This document shows positions 1 through 11,459 of a stretch of DNA of 31,165 nt, piece by piece. Each line of letters starts with the position of its first letter. Position 1 is the first letter of the stretch. The stretch lies in NCBI GenBank assembly GCA_002269645.1, contig NIVC01004928.1, positions 1 to 31,165 on the forward strand, in the 5' to 3' direction. The position numbers and the translations under genes are program-made. A model generated the notes under the pieces. That model saw only the letters and a program-made list of their open reading frames with translations, ran no database searches and was not told the origin of the DNA. This DNA comes from Macrostomum lignano. Lineage: Eukaryota.

Positions 1-504
1 GAGGCAAAGCATGCAAGTTCGCTTATTTTTCTGGCAAACATTCCCTCACAATATATGTCTTACCCATAGCCACTGTAGTTTAGAAAACAGCCTTCGACAC
101 GGCAGCACTCTGAGGAAGGTCGGCTATAGCTAGCTGTACTCTTGTACATCGCTTGCAATGCAGAAGCCGCTCACGCACTGGAGAGCATGACGCAGACAGA
201 CCCGAACACGCCTGGCCAGCTCCGCCCAAAAAAGACGCCCTTGCGTTCCAATCTGCAGCCGAGCCTGTGGCCTCTTAATTGTGTTGGAAATGTGCTTTAA
301 ACAAACTTCATTATTTAGCCCCAGAGAGTCTTTTCGTTGCAAGACTGGGGGCTACTTCTTTCACTGTCTCAGGCGGCGCCTAAGAGGAATAGAGAGGATA
401 TGCTCAACATTTCGCATGCAAGTCTTAGACTATTCCAGTCGCGTCTTTGTTAAAATTAAAAAAAGAACTGAAGACTTTCCAAGCGTGGCCGGCAGCCGAA
501 ATCT

Positions 505-1232
505 TTGACCTCCTCCTTCAGACAGAGCATGCAGAAGTGGGTGCACTACAATTCAACTGACTTGACGGTGAACAGTCAAGAGTTTCGTCACTCAGATAGT
601 TTGCAGCCTGCGATGCAGCTTCGCAGACAGCCAACCGACTTCGCTGATGCTCTTGACTCCTCTGAGGAGAGGATGGCAGGCCAGACTTGACTTGGCCGCG
701 GGCGGCCAGCCAGACGCAGCCGCACTGGCTGATGAAGCCCAAGACTGAGCGGCAGGAAGAGCAGCTTGATGTGCGGGCGCAATCGCTGGAAGCATTGAGT
801 CCAGATGAGTCGCCACCGCCTTCTCCGTGCTGGTCCCGAGGCAGCAGCGGCGACAGTTCCAACAGCACCTGGTACCTGGATGACGATTCGGCTTCCATGC
901 AGGATGCAGTGTCTCCAGCGACTGAAGAGGAAGGCGAAGAAGTGGATTCAGAATTTCTGTTTGTGCCGCAAGGCAATGACAGCAACCAACAGGAGCTGAA
1001 GAGCATTCAGGAAATTCTGCGGGAGGGCGGCAGCAGCTCATTGTACTTCTCGTCAAGCCTGCCCAGCAACGGTCGCTGCCTGTATCCGATTCTGGAGGAG
1101 AGCTCGGACGAGATATCCGACGCTACCGCCACCGACGATGAGGTTGACAACGACGCAGTGTTCAAACAGACACCGAGAGTACAATTGCAGATCTTGGTGG
1201 ATTTCAACTCCCTCATCAGATTCAAGCTTCAG
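505..1232 (+). CDS. Exon 1 of large AJM1-like gene (acidic/Ser-rich N-terminus); start uncertain, may extend to ATG 187 through further -1 slips
   Basis: ORF 505-690 joins ORF 687-1253 by a -1 slip at ~686 (GQT-LTWPR). Donor CAG|GTGAGA at 1232/1233 is phase 0 and matches acceptor TTCTATAG|GAT at 2097/2098 (865-bp AT-rich intron). Confidence 0.5.
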
Positions 1233-2097
1233 GTGAGAAGCTCTTGCCGATGATTTTTTAAGCTTCTGGCTTCTTCTGTCTCTTATGCACTTTACTTGGG
1301 GCCGTACCTTTAAACAGTACCTGATAATTATGTATGCTTGTCTACTTTTGTCTACCCTTTTCTAGGAATGCGTTTGATTTGCGAAATTTCATTTTAAATT
1401 GCATTATATTCTTCATATAGCTATGGCATTGTCCCAGACATAGGTACAGATATCGAAGAATGTTGATACAATCGAGTCGGGAAATTATTAATTACCAGTA
1501 CATAGGCAGTGGCTTGGCCAACGGTTTAAAAAAATGGTTGGTTTGTGCCCCGATCTCCATTCAATCGGCGAAGAAGTTCAACCCACCCCACTCCTCTTTA
1601 CCATGGGAAACAGTTCCCTCCTACAGGAGGGTGAGAAAACGGGAAAGAAAATGCAGAGCGCGTTTTACTCGCATGGATAAGAGAGGGAGAGACGGTTTAA
1701 CTGGGACGCCCTGCATAGTGTCGAAGGGCTGCAGGTAGCAGGGTTGCTGCAGAATGTCACAGCACACCGCGTGTGTATATCAGCGTTAATCAATAGCTAT
1801 ACTGCTTTTAAATTGGAATGGTCCAGACAAAAGTTTTAGATTCCGCAGAATTCAAAGCTTTCCTTTCAAGTTAACGCCATTTTGTTTTACTAAATACATT
1901 TTAACTTGTCTTCCCGCTCTGGTCGGTAAAGATAGTGTCTCGTAGCAAATTTTATGTATTTAACGCATTTCAGAAAAAGCCGTATCAGAAGACGAAACAA
2001 ATAACAAGGTGCGTATTTGTGAATGTGATTGCAAAATTTAGTTCCACATTTAACTCGTAAAAATTATTTCTATGTGAAACATTCCATTGTTCTATAG

Positions 2098-5000
2098 GAT
2101 CAACCAAGCGACCCCAGATCGTCAAGTTCGACTGCTAATTCAAGTTCAGATTCAACTTCAACTTCAACGTCAACTTATTCATCTGAGTCTTCTGAGGCAT
2201 CTGTAGATCTTGAGCAGCAAGCTCCGACTCAGCAGAAGCCAGTGGAGCCTGAGAAGCCTCAACAGCTCCGAACAGAGGAAGACATGCGCCGCTGGAGTCT
2301 GAGGCTGCAGCCACAACAGCTTGACGCTATCGCGGAGGCTGAGAGCACCTCATCATCCTCATCTTCGGCATCCGATACTGACGAAGCGCCAGACGTGGAT
2401 GGAAGTCCTTCTTGTCAAGATGAAGCAATGAAAGGAACAGTCGCGTTGAAGAATAATCGGGATGCGAGTGTTGGTGAGTTGCTACATGCAACACTGAAAT
2501 CATTTCCATTCCTTTTACGAGCGTATACATGCATCTTCATCCCTAATTGTCATAAAATTCCAGCATCCGCATCTGTGTCAGCTCAGGTAAGAGTGATTGC
2601 TTCATCCAAGGCTGAGGTCGCGACACCAACGATCAACCAACTGGGGACGAGGCGAGTGCCGTCACAGAGGCAACAGGCGCCACTGTCAATATGGCGGTCG
2701 CCAGAGCGGCAGCTCGAGCGGCCAGCATTGCCACATCAACTGTGATGAGAAACGGTGGTGGGTCAGTCGCTACCGAATTCTGATCTCCACCCAGTGCGAT
2801 GTTGAGCCCCAGCCGCAACTACCCCTTGCTAGAGGTGACATCAATGACGGTTGGTGCCAAGCTATAGAAAATTCGCAGGGTGAAGGCCACTCGTCTAACC
2901 AGAGTGCATATGGAGAGCACATACTCAAGCTTCTTCCAGTCTTGGTCCAAAACTCGCTGACCGCTCCTAATCCTCAAACGCATACAGTAGTGACGGAGGA
3001 GCAGCTGCTTGTCACATCCTCGGCAGTTGACATCCCAAAGCCTGAGATGTCTGTCGAGAGCGCCTACATAGAATCTTCAGGCGATGAAGAATCAGCGTCA
3101 GAGACTGACACTACTGAGAGCGAAAATTTTCAAACATCGGAAAGCGACTCTGGTGCGGTTCAACCAACGAAAATTCGAGCGCAAACTACCACTTATCGCT
3201 CAGTTCTGCAGCAACAGCTTAGTGAGGCCGAGTCAGCGTCAAACCTCAACCATTTCAGCAGTTCTAATCAACTGCAGTCGGACCAAGAGAGGATGCGACG
3301 AGCTAAGGATGTGTTCCTTAGCGGTCGCGACTCACTCTGGGAGCAATTGTTGGACAGAGGGACATACCAAGCGAGCTTATCTACGTGTACCAGACAAGAG
3401 CCCGTCGAAAGACCGAAATCCAGAAGGAACAGCGACGGTAACCAAGGATATGACGTGTCTACTTTTGCACATTCTTTAAAAGAAATACTGGATGATAACT
3501 TAGTTCGAAATTCGCAGCAGCAGAAACGCAGACTGCAAGGTTGTCGATCTACAGATCTTGACAAGCTCGATGACTTAGACTGCGAGCAAGCATCACACCC
3601 TCATACCATCGTGAGTCTTCTTGAAGCCCAACCAGGCCAATTTAATTCCGTTTCACTCTTCGATCTTTCTAGATCAGCAATGGATAATATTGGCTGGTAA
3701 GTAGTTTTAGTCCATCACTAATGGAAACAAATATTGATACGGGTGAAGAGACTTATCATCGTGTTGTCAAGGAGACGGATGTGGATACACTGCTGCAGCC
3801 TACAATGATTCAGTCTCCAGGAGCCATAAAAAGACGTTCTCGGAGTCTGCTAAACCTTACTGGCATAGTAGATAGCCAAGACCGCGAGTCGGCAGCTGAG
3901 GCTGGCGTAGGTAACGCAATTAGACGGTCAAATTCCAGGCGCAAAAGCCAGAAAAAGAAGAAAGAAAGAAAGAGCTTCATTGAGCGACTAGAAGAACGGG
4001 CAACAACCGATACAGAAAAGAAATTTGCCGATCTTTGTCTCGACTCCGAATTCCTCCATGGATGGACAAAGTGCCACTCAATGGATGCAGTAGTGCTACA
4101 CCGGAAACTAGTAGTAGATACTCGAGGCAAAAAGATGGGACTTCTCATGCCAGCATGAGCACTAATGACCTTGCTATCACAGCAGCTTTGAAACCGATTC
4201 AGACATCGGTCGAGACGGAGCCAACGGAAACCATCATAGACTCTCCAGTCGAAGTGGAAGAGAGCTACTTGAGACCGATTATTCTTCCGACGAGCGTGAG
4301 TTTGCCCTGTCTGCTTGCGGTGCGACCGGAACAACTGAACAAAGACTTAACTCCTGGCTCTCAGAATCAGCCAGTTATCAGCAAGCCTGAAACGAAGGGG
4401 ATAGCCAAGACACGCAGTGAGCTATTTCGCAAAAGCCAGGAAGTCAGGCGACAACGTCTAGTCGAAATTCAATCCCGGATGCACCGACCATCGTTGGAGC
4501 CGTGACTCTGACCCCTAAAGATTTTGTGCCTAAAGTATCAGACACATACCCAGAACAGAAGCGAGAAGCCAGCAGGAGCAGCAATCATCAGCTCGTGCCA
4601 ATGCACTGGCTATTGCTGCAGCGTCCATTGCTGCATCGACACAAGGAGCTTCTCTAAGCTCTGGAACGCGCGCTCCACCACCATTACCGCCAAGAATGAA
4701 ACTTGAGCCAGGCGCAACTGCTCGTGATAGCGCTTCTATTGTTAGGACATCAACTGGAGACTCGTGTGATAAGACCCCTCACCAACCTCTAGGTAACTTA
4801 TTTGAATCTCCTCCTCCACCACCTTCACGATTGTCCGGTCGTGCAGAGGCAATCGCAATTGCCTCAGCCGCGATAGCTGCAACGACAACGACGCATACAA
4901 ACGAAACAAACCACTTTCCACCAGCACAACCGCCACCACCGCCAAGAAATCCGGTGGCACAAAGAATGTCAGACAGGGATAGGGCATTGGCAGTCGCTTC

Positions 5001-5933
5001 TGCTGCTATAAAGTCGATGGTGGGGCAACCATCCAGCGAAGCAGGCGACGTGCCCCTGCCTCCTCCTAGACAAACATCAGCACAGATTCTTTCTCCAAAC
5101 TGGCAGGAAAACAATTCCACCGTTTTTGAAGGGGCGTCAAGATCGCGCATGAAACAATCCGATTATGGCAAGCAGAAGTTTTAAATGGAACGCCACACAC
5201 GAGCAGAGACCGACAGCAAGCTAAATCATCCTCACCTCAGGTTCAGTTGAATCGCCAGGCACAGAAGCAAGACGATTTGCAGCATGCTCTGGCCGTGCAG
5301 GGTTGTAATCAAGCATCACCAAATATGCACGTTCAAAGTGAACCTGTGTCAAGCAGAACCGATCAGGTCAACGAGCTTCCACATTCAGTGCCACCGCAGA
5401 TGGGCAACCGAAATGAGAAATTACCATCCATGATCGAGCAGAATGGCAATGACGGCAGTCAAGCAGAGTTTAATGGGCCAGTCAATAACTTTGACAGTAA
5501 CTCCAGCAACTCTTCTCATTCATTTTACTTTGAGGCCAAAACAGCCCGTCAGCAAAGTCTTCGCCGATTCAAGAATTAAGAATTAACAGCCCAGTGCCTT
5601 CAGACTTTCACGCGTCAGTCATCCATCCGGTAGCGACAGAGCTGTCGAGGAGAGCACGGTGGTGCAAACTTCAGTCGTGTATAGACGCATTGTTCGGCAA
5701 ACGGTTGAGTTTTCTCGAGACAAGTCTGAGCACGAGAATGTAAACTCAGGCAGCGCAGAAGCGGCACCAAATGCTTTGGCTGGCGTTATTTATTGCCAGA
5801 CCGAACCGGACATTGGTAATGAAGAAGAGCAGCGTGAGCTTCTGGCATTGGTAGACAGCCAGCTGGAACAGTTCGGAGAATCGCTCGCTGAACTTGAGAA
5901 GGGCGGCTCAATCGCGTCGGCAAGTACGGGGAG
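2098..5933 (+). CDS. Exon 2 of AJM1-like gene: low-complexity Ser/Pro/Ala-rich region, frameshifted as assembled
   Basis: Opens in frame after the acceptor (DQPSDPRSSSSTANSSSD...). The provided ORFs tile the region and join into one frame with ~10 successive -1 slips (~2616, 2777, 3693, 4050, 4500, 4585, 5160, 5560, 5620-5740, 5901). Confidence 0.55.
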
Positions 5934-6725
5934 ATGATTTCAGCCCTGGTGGCAGCCAGAGATGACAGCGCCCTCATCAACGGCGCTTCTTTGTCCAGCC
6001 TGTTTGGAGATAACTCAGTGTCTCCTGGAGCAGCCTGCCGTCGTCTCCTCGTTGACTGGCTCTTGCGGCGTCCGGAAACGCATCGTCGATTGGCTCGACT
6101 GGCTCAAGCTTCTCATCGATGTCTGGGCCGCGGTTGCGTGCTCCTGCTATTCAACGTCGGCAGCGATTCCAGGGTCAGCCATCTTCAAAAACCGCCAATC
6201 TACACGCCAGTTGAAGAGCTGCTCGAGTCTGCTTCAATCGGAGAATCCGTGGATCTTAGGGAAGCTTGCGCCGCCTACAATCCTGAAGACGAATTTGTTG
6301 TGTCTTTAGCCATCGGCGCGGCTCGTCTCTGCGCCCGTCTGGCGGCTGAGCCGCAGCGAGCGCAAACTCCGCAACCGCCGCCTAGAGAGCGCAGGCAGAT
6401 GTTTGTTGCCAGCCTGCGGCGCTCACTTCGAGACCGAGGCGTCAGCCTGCGTCATCACTACCCGGAGCTGCACGACCTGCTAGACGCCTATGCCGACACC
6501 GGCGAGGCTTTTGCGCCGGTGACAATTCGACCAGTGGACGCCGTCAGCGGTCAATCGTTTGCCTGCAGCATCGCTGTGCCCTCAGCCGAGGACGGAGACT
6601 GGTGGGCCAGCGAGCACCTGTTGGGAGACCATCCGCAAGTGTCTGCCTGTCCGCAGTTTGACAGTCGCTCGGATGTGAAAACGGAAAATTGTGGCAATAA
6701 GAAGGTTATCTCCACAGAACTGTGA
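5934..6725 (+). CDS. AJM1: C-terminal domain of apical junction component 1 (AJM1/C9orf172-like)
   Basis: HRRLARLAQASHRCLGRGCVLLLF...YNPEDEFVVSL and RRSLRDRGVSLRHHYPELHDLLDAYADTGEAFAPVTIRPVDAVSGQSFACSI...DWWASEHLL match, from memory, the AJM1 C-terminus ([76 protein letters not shown]...DWVASANLL). Stop at 6723-6725. Confidence 0.75.
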   Translation: MISALVAARDDSALINGASLSSLFGDNSVSPGAACRRLLVDWLLRRPETHRRLARLAQASHRCLGRGCVLLLFNVGSDSRVSHLQKPPIYTPVEELLESASIGESVDLREACAAYNPEDEFVVSLAIGAARLCARLAAEPQRAQTPQPPPRERRQMFVASLRRSLRDRGVSLRHHYPELHDLLDAYADTGEAFAPVTIRPVDAVSGQSFACSIAVPSAEDGDWWASEHLLGDHPQVSACPQFDSRSDVKTENCGNKKVISTEL

Positions 6726-9210
6726 CTCAGTGATGATTCAAGAAGTTTGTCCTTGCCAGCTTGAATATTTGTAGGGATGCTTTTAAAATTGCAGGTACAT
6801 ACAGTGTAGTAGTACAGATGTTATGACTTTTAAAAATCATTGAACGGCTTTCCAATGTTATTTTCGACGGTAAAAATATTTACGAATTAGGTCTTAAAAT
6901 TGCTATAAGCGCATATTAATACAATATACTCGTATTAATTTTTTCAATAGACTTAGTTTCGATGTAAAATTTTTAGTAGACTTTCTTTCTTATGAGTTTT
7001 CCTGCTCAGTTGTAAACTTTAATTCTCATCTATTGCATTCTGAACAGCAAATACGAATCAAAGCACCTTCAAAATGATCTGGCTGTGTATTAAAATATCA
7101 ATGATGATTTGAAGTCCATGTTTTTCCTCGCTACATACTACTGCAAAATGGAACAGTAGACAGTTGGGAGCATTGTTTCGAACTTGTTGAGAAGTATGGA
7201 ACTGCGATAAAAATACAGAAGCTGTTGCACTAGCGAATGATGCTTCCTAATTCTCTGTGCAATTTCAAAGCCCCAGTGCCCTTCATCCAGTCAAGTTCGG
7301 GCCTGCATGATTTGCCATTATTTACTAATCGAATCGAATGTTTATTAATTGCAGAAGCCAGCAGATCCAGCTTTCATGGGAAATCTGATGATGGAAAAAA
7401 GCAACAATGGAAGCTCGTCAGTTAGCCTAAATCAACACAATGTGAGAGGCATGGATAAATATCCAAATTTTCCCTCATTTGTACTCATCTTTTATTAAGC
7501 GGGAGCTTTCTCTGCTGAAGAGTATGCCAAAGCCAGTGCACCTGAATTGAACTGGAAGAGCAACTGCATAGATGCAGGCATCCAGCCTCCATCACCATCC
7601 CGCTCCCAACTCATTCTGTTTCCTCTCTACCCAGGCTCCATTGTTCTTCATCGCGGCCCCTCCGATGCAAAGAGTGGCTGAGCTAAAGCGGAATTCTGTG
7701 CCCCCCAAAAATTACCGTCCGACCAAGAAAATCACCTGGCTGCTACCTGCCGCACCACCGCTGCCGCTGCTGCTGCCAGGCCCGGGCTCCCAGAAGAAAA
7801 GCGTGCTGTACTCAAAGCCTCTCACCTGGGGTGCGCAGCTGCAGAGCCGGTACAGGTCGGAGTGGATTGGGACTCTGAGAAATGAGGGGGGAGGTCGCCT
7901 TTGTCTCGCCTATTCCTCACCAAGTGTACAGTGAGAGGTGGGGAAGAAGAGGTAGGGGAAGAGAGTCTCGGCTCTCGTAGCAGGGTCGCCGGACCTTCTG
8001 TTCCGCAAGAGATGCAGCACCTGCAGTGTGGCAGGTATTGATCGCCTGGGAAGCAGATAGAGCTGAGCAGGAGGAGTGGAGTTGAGCAGAAGTTTAGGAG
8101 GTGCTCACACACGCCAGTGGGAGCGCAAAGTTTTGTTGAAATAGGATGAGGGTGTACAGTTCTCAAAATGAAATTACTGTTTAAATAAGATTTCACGTAG
8201 AGAGATTTGCGTTGTTTTTAAGCGACTTTAATAAAATGTGATGGAAACTAAAAAGTATGTAGCAATGAGCTGCGGCTTACACTTGTTCTAAAGTATTCAA
8301 GAAGTTTCTGAGTTGTTTCATTCCATTGTTAAACACTTTCTGCCATGGATGCAGTAATTCTCCCGTTTTTAACACTGCTTAATTGGTACATGTACATGTA
8401 ATTCTAATCGAGTATTCGAGAAATGGCCTTTCAAATACATGTAGCCTCTACCCGGACACGTCCCAGGAAAAATTGATCGATTTGAAGAGAAGTTTACCCT
8501 ACTATATTGCTGCACTCAAAAACAAACTGTTTCTTGCTGATTGGAGTCCTGTTCCGTAAGTGCTTCGGAAAGTTGATATACTGGATATTGAACCACAGCA
8601 AACGGCTTAGAATTTAGATCTGTGAAAGATTGAACCGGTGAACGCTTGCCGGGACGCCATCAAGGACTTCTGTTAGCTTTTGCCAACCTCAAACGCAATG
8701 TACCTCTTGACAGCAAAATGTAAATTTGCTCTCAGTGGAATGCTATCGACGGTGCACTCTTAGATTTGCAGAAATGAAAATGACTGACTATGCAATTAGG
8801 ATCATTCAACTTTTGCATTCAGAACAGTATTACGAGGACAATGTAAAGTGGAATTACACTTCAGTTCAGCAACTAGAGCGCGCCGTATATATAATGTAAA
8901 TTTGAATGCACTTTTGACCAGCAACTACGACTAACTGAAAATCAAGCTGACATGAAAAACTGGCTGAAGTAGTCCTGCAAAAACGTATCTCGTACCGTTT
9001 CCTTCATTGTTTAGCAATTTGGCGATCGTTATTCGCATTTTTTATGCAGAACAATACATTTCTACAAACAATGCATTGTTTTTAGGATCGTCAAACAATA
9101 CCGGCGGCGCTCTACCGGCGCTCGCCAGACAATCGTTGTCACGCTCTGGGACCGCTGATTCTACCCCATTTGGCCGCTCCATATATATCTATGGTTCAAT
9201 GCAACAATTC

Positions 9211-9255
9211 TTTCTTTGGCCCGGCCAAAGAAACAGCGGTCCGGGCCAGAGAAAT
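9211..9255. repeat. 23-bp near-perfect palindrome plus degenerate copy of the 10017-10152 arm
   Basis: TTTCTTTGGCC-C-GGCCAAAGAAA (9211-9233) is followed by AGCGGTCCGGGCCAGAGAA, which resembles AGCGGTTTGGACCAAAGAA in the larger palindrome. Confidence 0.6.
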
Positions 9256-9372
9256 CAACTCAACAACAGTATATTTATTATCAGAAAGTGATGTAATAAA
9301 ACAACATTAACAATGCAATATTAAAGGAAGAAATTTTTTACGATGCTGTATTTTGTCACTTCAATCATTCAA

Positions 9373-9918
9373 TCATTCGAAATAGATGCTCACTTTGTCT
9401 GTATCGCCACACACCTCCAGGCGCATTCTCTTCACCCTTGGTTGACCACTGCCAACGCCACCGTCCATCTCGTCTCCAGCCCCGGCCGGCTCGGTTTTTG
9501 CTGCACTTTCCGGTTTCGTTTCAGCAGCTGCAGATCCAGCTAGGATGGCGCTGAAAGTTTTCTGTTGACTCATTGAGATGCCAATGTAGCGCTCTAAAGC
9601 GTTGCTACTGTGCCCGGTCACACGTGCTATGTCAGCTCGTTGCACGCCAGCCTCGTTCAGGGTGGTAGCGCAGGTCTTGCGTAGACTTTGATTCGTGTAG
9701 CGTGTACCATTGCCAGGCGAAACATCGTTCACTAAAGTCTTGACAGTGTCAGCCAGGGTGTGCCGTCCCATTGGCGTCCGCATAAACCACTCGGCGCGGC
9801 TGTCTGGCTTCCACTGACGATTGCATGACAAGATAAGAGCTTCATGGCACTCACGTGGCCGACGCGCGCAGTAGTTACAATAAAGTTGCAAACTAAAGAG
9901 TAAAGAAAGATCGTGCAT
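9373..9918 (-). mobile_element. Crypton-type tyrosine recombinase (DUF3504-like), C-terminal half
   Basis: LY..Y.ARRP...WF...PMGRHTL...YTNQSLRKTCATTLNEAGV...IARVTGHS...LERY is the box II/catalytic Tyr region of eukaryotic Crypton YRs. The N-terminal half was not found. Confidence 0.85.
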
Positions 9919-10016
9919 GGGTCTTCTCTAGGCGAGGACCTATACTAAAAAGAAGTCTTGACCATAGACACTTACAACACGACTCTGACGGACCGACCAA
10001 ATGAGGCAGAAATATA

Positions 10017-10152
10017 TTCTTTCCGTTTCATTGATTCTTTGGTCCAAACCGCTTAGGCTTTGAACTCGATTCCAGGCCTCGGCTACGCCTCGGCCAAGAA
10101 ACGAGTTCTCAGCCAAGCGGTTTGGACCAAAGAAGTAAAGAAACGGAAAGAA
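10017..10152. repeat. 136-bp imperfect inverted repeat (hairpin/MITE-like), probably a Crypton-associated terminus
   Basis: Left arm TTCTTTCCGTTTCATTGATTCTTTGGTCCAAACCGCTTAGGCTTTGAACTCG versus reverse complement of the right arm TTCTTTCCGTTTCTTTACTTCTTTGGTCCAAACCGCTTGGCTGAGAACTCG. The central loop contains GGCTACGCCTCG. Confidence 0.85.
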
Positions 10153-10957
10153 CTTATACTTATTTATCCATTATACTACGGACTTCTCAATACTCGGGAC
10201 GGGAAACGATAAAACCTGGAGGCCTATTAATTGGATAGGTTTTTGCCACAGACACAAACTCACTGACTACAAGGTAGAACCTATCGAAGTAATGCTTTTT
10301 GAGGATTTTGAGTAGTCCCTGCATTATACTGTATCAAAATGGTGTGCAAAAATTTTGGTGCCATTGAAATATTTTTGTCGTATAGTAAATATCCACAAAA
10401 CAATTTAAACCAAAATGTAGATGGTTGGCGAGTACTCGAGGGGCAGGTTGAGTCGAGTACTCATATATGAATCGATTGGAGTCTCTTTCCTGTGGGACTA
10501 ATCAAACAAACGACTTAAAGCTTGTGGCATGTTGCCTGTAATTATTAATTATAAACTTTAATCCTGTCATAAACGCATAACAAATAGCAAAGACTGAGTT
10601 TGAAAATAGCCGACACGAAACCAAAATCAACGTAGCTAGACTGCAGCGTGCAGATCTTTGAAATAATTGAGAGTTAACCACTAGCACGTTGAATCAAAAC
10701 TCCGGAATTTTTTTAACGTGTAAAAACCTGGTGCCAGGGTCGATACTTGGAGCAGCTTGCACAATTTTGTAATTCTGCTTTTCCGCTCGCAGGTTAAGGG
10801 TTATGTTTCTTTGTTATAAAGTGTGGTTGTTTATATAGACAATGTCACTTTCACATTATTTACTGTGGTACAGTCAATCATCGCATCATACGTTTGATAA
10901 TGCCTGTCTATATTCGTGTCAGGAACTGTGCGAGTTGTTTCTAATCTAAACAGAAAA

Positions 10958-11459
10958 ATGGAACGGATGGACCAGAGTGGTCTCAGAAGTTTAGACAACA
11001 AATTCTAAAAACACTATTCTGGACGAAGCTTCAAATGTGTAAAATGCATCTTATTAACTTATACGGGTCGTGCCCGTTGATAGTCCTCGACGTAGTTACA
11101 CTAATGATCACCGAAATGATGTCTATCTGGAGTAAATTTTTCACTTTTCTACCGACCCTCGCAAATATGAAGATCATCGTCTTGGCATTGCTTTGTTGGA
11201 AGCAGACGGTGGACAAGAAGAGACTAAGTCGACGGACAGAATGGACAAGTCAGAGATGGACACGCTACCAAGAACAACCATGGAGCAAATGCTTGCTTAT
11301 GGCTTATGGCTTATGTCTCTAGTTTTCCCACTCTATGCAAATATTGTTCCGGAATATGTAATTACCCATGTTTGTACATTAAGAAATATAGCCGAGTGGC
11401 TCATAAGCAACTATACACCTCGACACACTCTAAAGCTTGTAATTCATCAATGTGTGTGA
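10958..11459 (+). CDS. Candidate orphan protein (~167 aa after repairing two -1 slips) with two related hydrophobic modules
   Basis: ATG follows a CTAAT...CAG acceptor-like site (10953). Frames join at homopolymers ~11001 and ~11192. Internal similarity RMDQSGLRSL/RMDKSEMDTL and LYGSCPLIVLDVVTL/LYANIVPEYVITHVCTL. No family recognised. Confidence 0.35.

Noticed and set aside
1460-1738. 92-aa ORF
   Set aside because: It lies inside the phase-matched intron 1233-2097 and has no recognisable motif.
2587-2794. Possible intron GTAAGA(2587)...CCCAG(2794)
   Set aside because: It is phase-compatible, but the interior reads as protein (TEATGATVNMAVARAAARAASIA) with a motif repeated later, and two -1 slips explain it. 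It is not fully excluded.
3697-3720. GTAAGT as a splice donor
   Set aside because: The adjacent frame is open straight through (GLVSSFSPSLMETNID) after a single-base repair, and there is no convincing nearby acceptor.
518-5150. Minus-strand ORFs opposite the AJM1-like gene
   Set aside because: They are shadow ORFs of GC-rich, low-complexity sense coding sequence.
187-6725. Programmed -1 ribosomal frameshifting
   Set aside because: I saw no consistent X XXY YYZ slippery heptamers at the junctions, about 14 serial events would give negligible product, and the same slips occur in unrelated elements.
7500-8200. GC-rich island with ORFs 7572-7934(+) and 7822-8196(-)
   Set aside because: No recognisable domain in any frame, and the most protein-like frame has several stops. 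It is possibly a decayed fragment and is left unassigned.
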